This document shows, one piece after another, positions 52,580 to 61,835 of a stretch of DNA of 64,000 nucleotides. Below the pieces are notes generated by a model. It was not told the origin of the DNA. It saw only the letters and a program-made list of their open reading frames with translations, and made no database searches. The stretch is from positions 1 through 64,000 of the IMG/VR virus record IMGVR_UViG_3300032053_000048; one strand, written 5' to 3'. A program made the translations under genes and the position numbers. Origin of the DNA: a virus. Numbering within the stretch: position 1 is the stretch's first letter; each line of letters opens with the position of its first letter.

Positions 52580-53429
52580 AAGGGAATTCTTTAAACCGGT
52601 GAAAAGGCGTATTTCCCATAAGGTTGATCTTGTTCCAGCTGGAGATCACTTTCTTATTCCAGTACGTTCCCCAGGACTTGAAGAAGAACGGTACATTATG
52701 TTTCTGGCAGTCATTAAAGACTTTCAGAGCCCAATCTGGTTGCATTGGCCTTGCCTTAGGACCAGTTTCTCCACCGAGAATGACCCAATCAATCCCCAGG
52801 AACCTCTTATCATCATGCGGAGCTGTGAATATACCGGTCAAGCCATTGATGATAAAATCGCTGCTCTCCTGAGGCAGATATGTAAGGTCTATTTCGTCCA
52901 GCATTGGTTCGATGCTGATATACCTACAGACTGCAGGAGTGTTAAGCAGTATCGGTATCTTAAAGTTTGCCTCCTCCTGGTTGCAGATTGTAACTCCGAT
53001 CCAGACGTTAGGCAGGACTTTACCGTACCGCTCCATGAAGATATTCATTTCTACTGGTCTCTTGGTCAGCATTTGGAATGTGTGTTGAGGACATTTCTCC
53101 ATGACTTTAAATAACTCAAAGAGGTCCTGATTACCTTGGCCTGTCCGAGCATGGAAGAAAACATCGGTCATTGAACCTACAAATATCTTCCGGGATTTCT
53201 TCCATTCATAAGGCTGAAGCATCACTTCATAGTCACAATGAGTGTTCCAACTCCATGTTCCATCGAGGTCAGTTACCTCCCGGTAACGTTCTCCAACCGT
53301 ATTATTAATCGACCTGAGTCTGTTTGCCATTTTCTCAGCATAGCAGTTCTGGCATCCCGGGCTGATCTTATGACAGCCTATAATCGGGTTCCAGCTGAAA
53401 TCCGTCCATTGAATAGAGCTTATTCCCAT
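52560..53429 (-). CDS. DUF5131 (phage Gp37/Gp68) radical-SAM-like protein
   Basis: IQWTDFSWNPIIGCHKISPGCQNCYA, IFVGSMTD, LTKRP, SIEPML, WVILGGETG and FFFKSWG motifs. Confidence 0.88.
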   Translation of the reverse strand: MGISSIQWTDFSWNPIIGCHKISPGCQNCYAEKMANRLRSINNTVGERYREVTDLDGTWSWNTHCDYEVMLQPYEWKKSRKIFVGSMTDVFFHARTGQGNQDLFELFKVMEKCPQHTFQMLTKRPVEMNIFMERYGKVLPNVWIGVTICNQEEANFKIPILLNTPAVCRYISIEPMLDEIDLTYLPQESSDFIINGLTGIFTAPHDDKRFLGIDWVILGGETGPKARPMQPDWALKVFNDCQKHNVPFFFKSWGTYWNKKVISSWNKINLMGNTPFHRFKEFPYDKKKV

Positions 53430-53632
53430 AGTTTTTTGATTCTATTAATTACTTTCTGCATTACGGTGCCGACAATAAAAGATGCAACTAAAAATGTTAT
53501 GATTACTGCAGCTGGCAGAATCGAGTTAAACAATTCGATGTAGATTACAAACATTACCCCTGCAGCTGCAAGGATGATCGCTACCATCAATCCGATGATA
53601 AGCAAGACAGTGATTATGATTTTATTTCTCAT
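53420..53632 (-). CDS. Small two-TM membrane protein
   Basis: 70 aa, almost entirely hydrophobic. Confidence 0.6.
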   Translation of the reverse strand: MRNKIIITVLLIIGLMVAIILAAAGVMFVIYIELFNSILPAAVIITFLVASFIVGTVMQKVINRIKKLWE

Positions 53633-53665
53633 TCTGTTTTGGTTTTATTAGACCATCACGATAGG

Positions 53666-54166
53666 CTAAAAATCTATTGAATGCCATTTGAATAATCTTT
53701 CTAAAACAGTTTGTATCCTTGCGTATGCCTCCTTTTTACCTTGATAAAATTCTTTATGCTCTCCTTGTGAATTACCCACTACCATACGTCTTTTATAATC
53801 TAAAGCATCATCCTTTACTTCTTTATAAATATCCATTAAATTACTTATAAAACTTTTTCCAATAGCAGTCTCTTCGTCACTCAAAGGAGTGTTTATCTCT
53901 TTGGCGGGTTGGTCATCATCCATGCCATCATTAATTATGATTTCATCTGATTTATCAATAATACCATGTTCGGCAATCTTTTTGAATATATCAGCATTTG
54001 TAGGAGTATAGGGTATTGAATATTTTTTATCGTCACTCTCTTGCCCTGCGAGTTCGGATGCAATAGAATAAATGTCATTTTCATCCCATATCACATAAAT
54101 ATCTCCATCAGCATGAATATATTTTCGCAATATCTCAATTATTCTCTCTTTGGTTAGTGTTTTCAT
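53666..54166 (-). CDS. Hypothetical protein (MKTLT...ELAGQESD family)
   Basis: Shares leader and internal DNA repeats with 54490-55401. Confidence 0.65.
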   Translation of the reverse strand: MKTLTKERIIEILRKYIHADGDIYVIWDENDIYSIASELAGQESDDKKYSIPYTPTNADIFKKIAEHGIIDKSDEIIINDGMDDDQPAKEINTPLSDEETAIGKSFISNLMDIYKEVKDDALDYKRRMVVGNSQGEHKEFYQGKKEAYARIQTVLERLFKWHSIDF

Positions 54167-54209
54167 CTCTCTCTTTATTTAGTTATTTGCTTTAGCGGGT
54201 TCATTAGTA

Positions 54210-54488
54210 TTATTTCGTTAGTTTGTTTCTCATCCATTTATTACATATCCCAAAACGTATATCAACTTCATTATAAAGACATGGTGGTTCATATATTCTG
54301 CGTTTAGGGTATTTTTTTCTGTACAATTTTTTCATTAAAATACATTGCCATCCAGGAATATAAGCACCTTCTCTACTAATTAATCCATGAATACAGTTAC
54401 CACATCTTTTTTTAGGCGTAATGGGTTCGTTATAATTTAATTCAGGGAAGATGTCTTTTGGATATACCCAATAATCATCTGTTTTCAT
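54210..54488 (-). CDS. Small Cys-rich protein
   Basis: CGNC...C...C..W. Confidence 0.6.
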   Translation of the reverse strand: MKTDDYWVYPKDIFPELNYNEPITPKKRCGNCIHGLISREGAYIPGWQCILMKKLYRKKYPKRRIYEPPCLYNEVDIRFGICNKWMRNKLTK

Positions 54489-54489
54489 G

Positions 54490-55401
54490 TTATTTACTTT
54501 TAAATATTAAACCATCTCTATATGCCTTTGCACCAACATAACAACCGTACTGAATAAATCTTAACGTTGATGGTTCGTGATAAGTTTCTTCATCATATTG
54601 ATTTGCCCACTCTTCAATCTCTTCATCTGTTATCTCTGGTTTCCTGACTAAACTCAGATACCATTTAGCAATAGTCTCTTTATCGTGTGTCATTAATGAA
54701 TCTAAGTCTTCAAATACTGGTTGCTGAGATGCGTAATGTTCCATATACTCATGCAATAAGTACCCTGAGATATGATAAATGCCATCTTTGTCTGGTTTTT
54801 GTAATCTGCTTTTAAAAAATTCCTCTGGTGTCATTCCTTTAGTCTCTTTAGTAGGTTGCTGAGATGCGTAAATCTTCATTGCTCTTATAGCAATTTGATA
54901 AGTAATCCTTTCAAACCCTCCTTGAACTTCATTAAGTACCTCTTCTGCCGTCTTTGCTTCAGCTTTCCAAAATGGTTTATTCCTGCCATAGTTATCATCA
55001 CCGGGGCCATAAATATCATTGTGATGATCTGGCTTTTTCTTTGCTTCATCCTTGACGGGTTCGCTCTCTGTATAACTTAATATACTTCTCGGTTCTCCAC
55101 CGCAAATACGACAAAAGCCATTTCTATCAATACCTTCCCATACCTGACAATCACATTTACCTGTCTTTGTTTCAGCTTTGGCGGGTTTATTACTTGGATG
55201 ATATTCACATAAAGTACATTCCTTTGGTATTTTGTCACTCTCTTGCCCTGCGAGTTCGGCAAGAATATCAGCAATAATATCATCTACATCAATAAATTTA
55301 ATTATAGCAGTACCATTCTCTCCGTTAGGTGCAGCATATCTCCATAAGTTCTCAATCATTATGGACTTCAATTCCTGCTTATCAATGGTTAGTGTTTTCA
55401 T
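54490..55401 (-). CDS. Mosaic hypothetical protein (MKTLT...ELAGQESD family)
   Basis: Short modules incl. Cys clusters and YASQQP x2. Confidence 0.65.
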   Translation of the reverse strand: MKTLTIDKQELKSIMIENLWRYAAPNGENGTAIIKFIDVDDIIADILAELAGQESDKIPKECTLCEYHPSNKPAKAETKTGKCDCQVWEGIDRNGFCRICGGEPRSILSYTESEPVKDEAKKKPDHHNDIYGPGDDNYGRNKPFWKAEAKTAEEVLNEVQGGFERITYQIAIRAMKIYASQQPTKETKGMTPEEFFKSRLQKPDKDGIYHISGYLLHEYMEHYASQQPVFEDLDSLMTHDKETIAKWYLSLVRKPEITDEEIEEWANQYDEETYHEPSTLRFIQYGCYVGAKAYRDGLIFKSK

Positions 55402-55411
55402 CTCTCTTTAT

Positions 55412-55606
55412 TTAGTTAATTGCTTTAACGGGTAATGGCGGATTATAATACACCGTATATTCAGATGAGTTTGCAATGCGTCCCTGGTACTCCCTCTTGA
55501 ATGACGTATTCTTAATTTCATAATCCGTCAGCATATACGCCCGGACAAATGCCATTGCTGCTTTTTTCGTTTTTAGTGAACGTGAATATTTGTATTTATC
55601 TTCCAT
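55412..55606 (-). CDS. Hypothetical protein
   Basis: 64 aa; ends inside the repeated leader (PVKAIN*). Confidence 0.5.
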   Translation of the reverse strand: MEDKYKYSRSLKTKKAAMAFVRAYMLTDYEIKNTSFKREYQGRIANSSEYTVYYNPPLPVKAIN

Positions 55607-55627
55607 CTTACCGGTTTTTAAGGATAA

Positions 55628-55879
55628 TCATCTAAATCTGTTTTCTGGATCAGAATACAAATCCTCCCAATCCCTATCAGATGTTAAGGGTTTTTGATTC
55701 CTTAATTTAGTTCTGTCTCTTACCCACGAATCAATATCCCCAAGCGACACTAATTGATTTAGTTCCATTGCCGTTAATGATTCTATCTTATTCTTGATAT
55801 TCGAATCATAAAGCCTTATGTCCTCATCACGGAGTCTTTCACAGACTTTTTCGATAAGCTCTTTTCCTGTCATTTCCAT
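55628..55879 (-). CDS. Hypothetical protein
   Basis: ATG at 55879 directly after the upstream stop. Confidence 0.55.
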   Translation of the reverse strand: MEMTGKELIEKVCERLRDEDIRLYDSNIKNKIESLTAMELNQLVSLGDIDSWVRDRTKLRNQKPLTSDRDWEDLYSDPENRFR

Positions 55880-55880
55880 A

Positions 55881-56348
55881 TCATTTCTCTTTAATGTTAA
55901 TTTCCCAATAAGTATGTAGTTCGTCAAGAGTTTTTAAATTTGTTGGGATTCTATCCTCATTAGGTGATTGAAATTTTATCGAATGATCAACAGTATTTAA
56001 AACAGCTTCATAATTTGAATCCCAGCATAGCCACTCCACAAACTCCTTGCTATACATTGGATGTTCGAGGGGAAGAAGTTCCTTTAATTCTGCGAGTTCT
56101 TTATGTAGTCTATCTCCTGTAAGTAATAGTGCCATATATTTCCCCTCTGATTCAACCGTTGTAGGATCAGGAGTTACTAACTGGATTGTTAAATTTTCAA
56201 TTAGTTCATCCTGTTTCTCAATTATCTTCTCTTTGGTTAGTGTTTTCATAGCTGAATTGGGTTTAAGTATCTCAGGAGAACGCATCTTCAAATCATCTAT
56301 CGATGGTTTGTAGTTTCTCAATCTTTCGAGTTCATTTGGATTGTCCAT
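55881..56348 (-). CDS. Hypothetical protein containing internal MKTLTKE module
   Basis: Third copy of the MKTLTKE start motif at 56249. Confidence 0.6.
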   Translation of the reverse strand: MDNPNELERLRNYKPSIDDLKMRSPEILKPNSAMKTLTKEKIIEKQDELIENLTIQLVTPDPTTVESEGKYMALLLTGDRLHKELAELKELLPLEHPMYSKEFVEWLCWDSNYEAVLNTVDHSIKFQSPNEDRIPTNLKTLDELHTYWEINIKEK

Positions 56349-56748
56349 TTTTATCGGGATTAATTGTTTTTGCTGCTTCTTTCATAAATTCATCAGAATA
56401 AAAGTCGTCCATTCTATGTTCAAACTCCTGTTTCGTCAGCTCCTCTGCCTTCTCGAATCCAATAGAGACTTTAGTTACATTGGACTCAGGGTCATTGGGG
56501 TCAATTATTATTGCAGCTGGCTTAACATTGAACTGATAGTAAACAGTCATGTATAGATCAGGGAACTTACCAAGTACCATCTTACCCCTGCAGTCCCTTA
56601 CTACAAGATGAGTGCGATACCTCCCGGAAAGAACTTTCTTGTCGAGAATGACATTTCTAAGATAGTCCTGCAGGAAGGGACCACACTTATATATCTCAAC
56701 GACCTTTAAGAACTCCTCAGGACTCAATAACTTTGACATCTGCTTCAA
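56332..56748 (-). CDS. Hypothetical protein
   Basis: 138-aa ORF overlapping its neighbours. Confidence 0.6.
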   Translation of the reverse strand: MKQMSKLLSPEEFLKVVEIYKCGPFLQDYLRNVILDKKVLSGRYRTHLVVRDCRGKMVLGKFPDLYMTVYYQFNVKPAAIIIDPNDPESNVTKVSIGFEKAEELTKQEFEHRMDDFYSDEFMKEAAKTINPDKNGQSK

Positions 56749-57133
56749 GTTTGGTTATTAATTCAGGAAAATTGACCTTGTTTATCTTCATCTCATATAA
56801 TACAAGCTCAGCCATAGTCAGAAACTGCCGATCTTTCATCCGCTCCTTGGCCTTCGCCACGTCATATTGCATTGATGAACGACTGTTCCCGGTCAGTGCT
56901 ATGAGTTGGTGCCAGCTGTACCTCTTGATTTCCCTCATTATATAGAAATAGAGTTGCCTTGGTTTAGTGTATTTCCGCATACTACAGCCAGGGATACCCC
57001 GGGCGAGAATCATCCCTTCCTCAACTTCAAATATCCTCGCTATTATCTCCAGAATGGGTTTTTTACCTCCATTCTCTCTCCTTATCTGGAAGGGCAATCC
57101 GGGAACTGCATATAAATTCGGTCTGTGTTTCAT
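56717..57133 (-). CDS. DnaA C-terminal-like HTH protein
   Basis: IIARIFEV...RKYTKPRQLYFYIMRE...SWHQL...G.SRSSMQYDV resembles DnaA domain IV. Confidence 0.6.
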   Translation of the reverse strand: MKHRPNLYAVPGLPFQIRRENGGKKPILEIIARIFEVEEGMILARGIPGCSMRKYTKPRQLYFYIMREIKRYSWHQLIALTGNSRSSMQYDVAKAKERMKDRQFLTMAELVLYEMKINKVNFPELITKLEADVKVIES

Positions 57134-57759
57134 GGTCTGAGGGATTCACCGCTAAACTCAATGATCTTGCATAACCGATTTATCCGGTCCATAGTACGAT
57201 CTCCATACCTTTCGAGAAACTGAGCATCCGAGAGGTTTGAGGATATTATCAGGATATCGAGGTCCTGTTCAGCTTTATTGATGATCTCATTAAAGGGCTC
57301 GAATCGTTCACCGTAGTTATTTACCCGGGATTCGGTTCCGAGCTCGTCAATGTAAGAGAACTTCCAGTCACGATACTTATGGAAGTTCCAGGTTCCATCA
57401 AGATTAAGGTTTGGAAGCTGTGAGGCATGGAAGCCTGGGAGATACTTATTAAGAGCTTTGAACATTGGTTTCAGGACTCCAAGGATGATGTTGCTCTTGC
57501 CTCTACCGCAATCACCATACATAAACAGGCCCTTTCCCTGGTTGTCGGCCATCCATTCAGTCACCTTATAATATTCCGGTAGCCATTTGAATTCCTTCAA
57601 TGTTTTATCATACCTTTTGAAACACTCGGTAAATACGTCATTGAGTATCGGCAGCTTACCAAGTGAGACAACTGTATATCTTCTTTCGTAAGGCCTACCT
57701 TCAGATAGTTGGGCGAAAGCCTTATCTATCATTTCTTTGTGTTTGGGGTCAAGTTCCAT
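57130..57759 (-). CDS. DnaC/IstB-like AAA+ helicase loader
   Basis: GLFMYGDCGRGKS, IDELGTE, ISSNLS, RYGDRTMDRI and GESLR motifs. Confidence 0.85.
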   Translation of the reverse strand: MELDPKHKEMIDKAFAQLSEGRPYERRYTVVSLGKLPILNDVFTECFKRYDKTLKEFKWLPEYYKVTEWMADNQGKGLFMYGDCGRGKSNIILGVLKPMFKALNKYLPGFHASQLPNLNLDGTWNFHKYRDWKFSYIDELGTESRVNNYGERFEPFNEIINKAEQDLDILIISSNLSDAQFLERYGDRTMDRINRLCKIIEFSGESLRP

Positions 57760-57762
57760 ATA

Positions 57763-58377
57763 TTATGTTTTAAATTTAGCTGGTATTTTTCCTGAAACAA
57801 AATTCTGTCCCGGGTGCTGGCCTCGCTCAATTCCTTTCTCATCTCGTTCCCAGGTTACAAGAGCTGACTTCCAGTTTTTCATTCTGTTTTTCCCGACCAT
57901 CCAGCCTTTTGCGTCATAGAAATGCCAGAATTTTACTGCATCAACAGAAGATTTTCGCTCCTCAACCTCCTTTTTTACCTCCTCAAGTGTCGGAGGAACG
58001 AATATTTGCCTGGGTTGCTTGCCGTCTGCCGGGATATCATCTGGATTTTGCCTTGTAGTGGGCTTTTGCCATCGTTTTTTACCCATATTGACGTATTTCT
58101 CTCTTTCATTAACTCTTTTAACCATTGAATCTCTCAACTTAGCCTGGTAATACTTGCCGGTTTCGTTGTCTATCGTGAATTTCTTCATTATAACTTCATC
58201 GACCTCACGCTTAATGACATTCTTCATCTCCTCGTAAGTTAATTGTCCTCCTTTGTCGTGCATGGTAAACAATAAAATAGAGTAGATGCCGACTTGTTCA
58301 AAGGTTAGTGTGCTTACTCCCTTTAGGAAAGGTCCTGTTTCTATTTCGCAGATTGGGTCCTTAATTATTTCCGTCAT
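57763..58377 (-). CDS. Replication initiator (DUF1376/YdaU-like N-terminus)
   Basis: LTFEQVGIYSILL N-terminus; FVPPTLEEV...FYDAKGWMVGKNRMKNWKSA C-terminus; upstream of the DnaC-like gene. Confidence 0.7.
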   Translation of the reverse strand: MTEIIKDPICEIETGPFLKGVSTLTFEQVGIYSILLFTMHDKGGQLTYEEMKNVIKREVDEVIMKKFTIDNETGKYYQAKLRDSMVKRVNEREKYVNMGKKRWQKPTTRQNPDDIPADGKQPRQIFVPPTLEEVKKEVEERKSSVDAVKFWHFYDAKGWMVGKNRMKNWKSALVTWERDEKGIERGQHPGQNFVSGKIPAKFKT

Positions 58378-59023
58378 AGTCAAATAGTTTTTGCTGGTAA
58401 AACGTTGGTGTATCTTCGTGTTTCGGCTTGAGCTCCATATCAAGATCAGGATTGTATTGTTGCTGCATACGGCGTATATGATGGAGCAGCATATTATATT
58501 CATACCTCATGTCAATATATTTGTTATAGAACTTGTCGAGTAGTATCTTTGAGATATCCGGTGTCTTCTTATGGAGCCACTTGGCTGGCTTAGCCTGTTC
58601 AACCACATCTGCAAAATATTCCTCACCTCTCCAGGTTTCCTGCCTCTTGTGCTTAAAGTACAGTAATCCGGCATATCCTGGGACCTCCTCTGGCTTGATC
58701 ATATCCTCCGGGCAACAGTAATAGAATTTATTCGGTGCAAAAGGCTTTACAAAATGAACATAACAGTAATGATCATTGAGTTGGCTACCAGGCATCGTTA
58801 CAAGTTCCTTCTCGGCGTTACGCATCAGGAAGTGTTTCTGAGTCTTCTGTGCGTCAGCTTTGAAATCAGCTCGTGATATCTTCACTTCGACCTCTATGGT
58901 ATAGCCTGACTTGGTTACGCAAAAGAAATCGCTCTCCCAATCGTAGATGAAAACATTGGTAAGCTTGTAATCAGCGGTAACAAACCACTTCTGGAGCTCG
59001 GTGACGATCAGGAGTTCATTCAT
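58361..59023 (-). CDS. PD-(D/E)XK nuclease (MmcB-like)
   Basis: WESD...EVEVKISRADFKAD...PNKFYYCCP...YAGLL. Confidence 0.75.
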   Translation of the reverse strand: MNELLIVTELQKWFVTADYKLTNVFIYDWESDFFCVTKSGYTIEVEVKISRADFKADAQKTQKHFLMRNAEKELVTMPGSQLNDHYCYVHFVKPFAPNKFYYCCPEDMIKPEEVPGYAGLLYFKHKRQETWRGEEYFADVVEQAKPAKWLHKKTPDISKILLDKFYNKYIDMRYEYNMLLHHIRRMQQQYNPDLDMELKPKHEDTPTFYQQKLFDYDGNN

Positions 59024-59931
59024 AGACCACCTCTAAATTGCATCCTTTGTTGTGTCGGACTACTTGGTTGAATTGGTGTAATGCTCATTGAAATATTGTA
59101 GTCCGGGTTCTTGCCACCATATCTCTTTGATAACCAAATTAACCCCCGGGCATTTACTAATGTCTGGTAAATTATAATGTGGTAAGGTTTACCTGTTTTC
59201 TTGCTTATCCCCTTTCTTTCCTTCATCTTTCTTTCAAAGTATTGTTTGTACTGTTGATATGGCTCATTATCTTGGACCGGATTCTCGGATTTCATTAATA
59301 TTTTATCGTTCCTAAGTATCTCAAAAAGATCATTCCTTCCAATATCCAACTGTAATAACTTTGCAACTGAACCAATAGGATAGAGCCTTTTATCGTTTGA
59401 TACTCTATCAGCAAACTCAACTTGATCTTTGTGATGTGATAACTTTTCATTTGTTACCTCAATTATCCTCTCTACAGTTTTCTCTGATTCCTCGGCTTTA
59501 TGTTCTGCAAGCTCTTTTGCTTGACTTAATTCCTGGTTCTTCTCAAGAATCACTTTATTATTGTCAGCGAGTTTTACGATCTCTCTGGCATAATCAAGTA
59601 TAGTTAATTCTTTCCTTTGCGCAACATCCTGAGCCAAGGCTTTTGTCATTACAGTTCCTGTCTGATTAGCTCTTGCGTTAATTGTCAGAATAGCAGTTAA
59701 ACTAAGTGCGTAATCCTTGGCCGGCCGGCCCCTTCCTCTTTTAATCCCTGAATTTATGACATTATTTGTCAATAATTCGGAATAATCCTTATCCTTTGTC
59801 AGATTGCAAGACTCAACTTGGTAGTCAAACCAAGTGGTAAAGTTCCTTTCGCTGCCCAAATAGGCATGGAGTTCCCGGGCAGAATAAACAGTATTGCCCG
59901 AATTGTCTTTGAATTGTCTTAGGTCATTCAT
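59020..59931 (-). CDS. Antirepressor (AntA/AntB plus KilA-C/ANT domain)
   Basis: SARELHAYL...FTTW...GRGRPAKDYALS; IGSVAKLL..IGRNDLFEILR...PYQQY...TLVNARGL. Confidence 0.85.
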   Translation of the reverse strand: MNDLRQFKDNSGNTVYSARELHAYLGSERNFTTWFDYQVESCNLTKDKDYSELLTNNVINSGIKRGRGRPAKDYALSLTAILTINARANQTGTVMTKALAQDVAQRKELTILDYAREIVKLADNNKVILEKNQELSQAKELAEHKAEESEKTVERIIEVTNEKLSHHKDQVEFADRVSNDKRLYPIGSVAKLLQLDIGRNDLFEILRNDKILMKSENPVQDNEPYQQYKQYFERKMKERKGISKKTGKPYHIIIYQTLVNARGLIWLSKRYGGKNPDYNISMSITPIQPSSPTQQRMQFRGGL

Positions 59932-60094
59932 AATTTAGTTTTTGATGTTTGGAAACATATTCTTTAATTTTCTGATCGGCCCATATCTTCATAGCCTTTC
60001 TGACATTGGCCTTGGATATTTTGAAAGCGCCCCTTGTTCCTGGCTTGAAATGGCATGGATATCGTAGTCTATCAATAATCTGATCTCTTGTCAT
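59924..60094 (-). CDS. Small hypothetical protein (56 aa)
   Basis: Manual translation MTRDQIIDRLRYPCHF...RKAMKIWADQ...; fills the gap between two genes. Confidence 0.55.
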   Translation of the reverse strand: MTRDQIIDRLRYPCHFKPGTRGAFKISKANVRKAMKIWADQKIKEYVSKHQKLNYE

Positions 60095-60095
60095 T

Positions 60096-60842
60096 TCAGT
60101 AAGGATTTAAGTTAAACTCTATATTCGTTACATTCTTTTTACTTGCAGCTGCTGTATTAATCCCGAATTCCTCAGCGATCTCCCGGACAAACCGGGCCTC
60201 GTCACTATTCCCATCGCTAAGGTGCAGGAGAACTATATTAGTGACTGCGGAAAGATCAAGACTCCGCAGGTATTGTTTGCATTTCTCAAGTTCAAAGTGT
60301 GACAGGAGCAGTCTCTGGCGCATGATGCCAGGAAGACGGCCATTGATAATATTGTTCTCCACGATATCATCTGCAAAGTTGCACTCAATCATTATCTGGT
60401 TGAGGCGGGGAAAGGTGTAATCACACCAGAAAGTATCGGTTAGGAACAGGATGGTCCCGGATTCCTTGTGAGTGATCACGAATCCAAGACAGGGAACATC
60501 ATGTACTACATCAAAAGGAATGATCTTAAATGACTTTAATTTATAACCATGCTGAGGGTACACCAGCTTGAAACGGTTGTCATGGCCCGTTATACCCTTT
60601 GAGGAAGCTACTGACTCACTGGATAAAACATTGATACCGTTGTCAATATATTCTCTGATGTACCCTGCATGGTCGTTATGTTGATGTGATACCAGGCAGC
60701 CAGCGATATTATCAATACGAAAACCCTGAGTCCTTTTGATCTCCCGGAGTTTCACCCCGGCCTCAATGATTAGGACCTCGTTTGATGCCTCGAGAATATA
60801 ACTATTCCCGGAGCTGCTGCTGCCAAGTACCTTGAGTCTCAT
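60096..60842 (-). CDS. MBL-fold metallo-hydrolase (recombination exonuclease partner)
   Basis: LGSSSSGN, SHQHNDH, HDV, TDT and LLHLS motifs. Confidence 0.88.
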   Translation of the reverse strand: MRLKVLGSSSSGNSYILEASNEVLIIEAGVKLREIKRTQGFRIDNIAGCLVSHQHNDHAGYIREYIDNGINVLSSESVASSKGITGHDNRFKLVYPQHGYKLKSFKIIPFDVVHDVPCLGFVITHKESGTILFLTDTFWCDYTFPRLNQIMIECNFADDIVENNIINGRLPGIMRQRLLLSHFELEKCKQYLRSLDLSAVTNIVLLHLSDGNSDEARFVREIAEEFGINTAAASKKNVTNIEFNLNPY

Positions 60843-61825
60843 CAGTACGTGGGTTCTTCGTCCTGCAGTGGCCCCCCGGCCCCCTGTGTTGGTTTCTCCC
60901 AGGGAAGATCATTGCCGGCATTCTGAGGACCTTTGGCTTCTACCATTTGTGCGTTCTGCTCTTTGACTGTTTCAGGAGATGAACCGGAAGGCTGGTTAGA
61001 CACGTCCTCGTATGTAGTTTCAACAGTATCGATCTGCTTCTGTTTGCCCTTTGCGTCAGTTTTGCGCTCCCGGGTAGCCTTTGGCTTGTCTTCATCCTCG
61101 TCCAGTATCTCCGAATCGTCAGCTGACTCAATAAGTATCTTAACCGCCCTGTTGATAACAGTCTTCTTGGCCATCTCGTCAGTGAATCCCTTGTGAGCCT
61201 TGGTATCTCCGCCTCCGAATCCCATCATCCATGCCTTTTTTATCTGAGCCAGGGACATGACTGTGAGCTGTGAGGTTCCGTCATTAAAGACTACTACCGC
61301 ATAGGCACCCTTTATATCATCAATTTTCTGGTCCTCGAACTTAATAATGTGCTTGAGAAGCTTCTGCCTCCCTGTATTAAGATCAACCTCGAATCCGAAC
61401 TCATCGCCTCCATAGATCACCTGAGCATTAACTTCTTTAACATCAGCGTCACGTTTGGCAAGCAGGATATGGCCTGTATATTTCGGCTGCCAGTGTAGTT
61501 CCTCTCCATAGACAATGAAATATCCCTGTTTCTTCCAGACATTCAGGCCGTCAACACACATTCCCATTATAGCATTGACTATAGATGAGGGAGTGCAGAC
61601 TTCCAGGGCGAGTTTACCGTCCTTATTTTTGAGCTCGGCCAGTGCCAGGGCTGCGCCTTTGCAGGCGTTCTCAACCGAGTAATCCTTGGGAAAAACGATG
61701 TTCCCGGTATCCATGAGGGTCTGTAAGTGCTCAAGCGTTTTATTGACGTACTGGTCGAGCTTGGCCTTAACTGTTGTTGGTGCTTGTGCCGGAACCGTAG
61801 AACCGGCTTTCTTTGGGTCTGTCAT
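60842..61825 (-). CDS. recT: RecT-family single-strand annealing protein
   Basis: CTPSSI, QGYFIVYG, IKGAYAVV and FTDEMAKKTVINRAVK motifs. Confidence 0.88.
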   Translation of the reverse strand: MTDPKKAGSTVPAQAPTTVKAKLDQYVNKTLEHLQTLMDTGNIVFPKDYSVENACKGAALALAELKNKDGKLALEVCTPSSIVNAIMGMCVDGLNVWKKQGYFIVYGEELHWQPKYTGHILLAKRDADVKEVNAQVIYGGDEFGFEVDLNTGRQKLLKHIIKFEDQKIDDIKGAYAVVVFNDGTSQLTVMSLAQIKKAWMMGFGGGDTKAHKGFTDEMAKKTVINRAVKILIESADDSEILDEDEDKPKATRERKTDAKGKQKQIDTVETTYEDVSNQPSGSSPETVKEQNAQMVEAKGPQNAGNDLPWEKPTQGAGGPLQDEEPTY

Positions 61826-61835
61826 AATTGAAAAT

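Larger units (their letters stand above)
54032..56249 (-). repeat. Dispersed direct repeats linking small early genes
   Basis: ~50-bp leader+start repeat at 54151-54200 and 55386-55433; 21 bp exact at 54146-54166 and 56229-56249; 26 bp exact at 54032-54057 and 55234-55259; 18 bp exact at 54719 and 54854. Confidence 0.85.
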
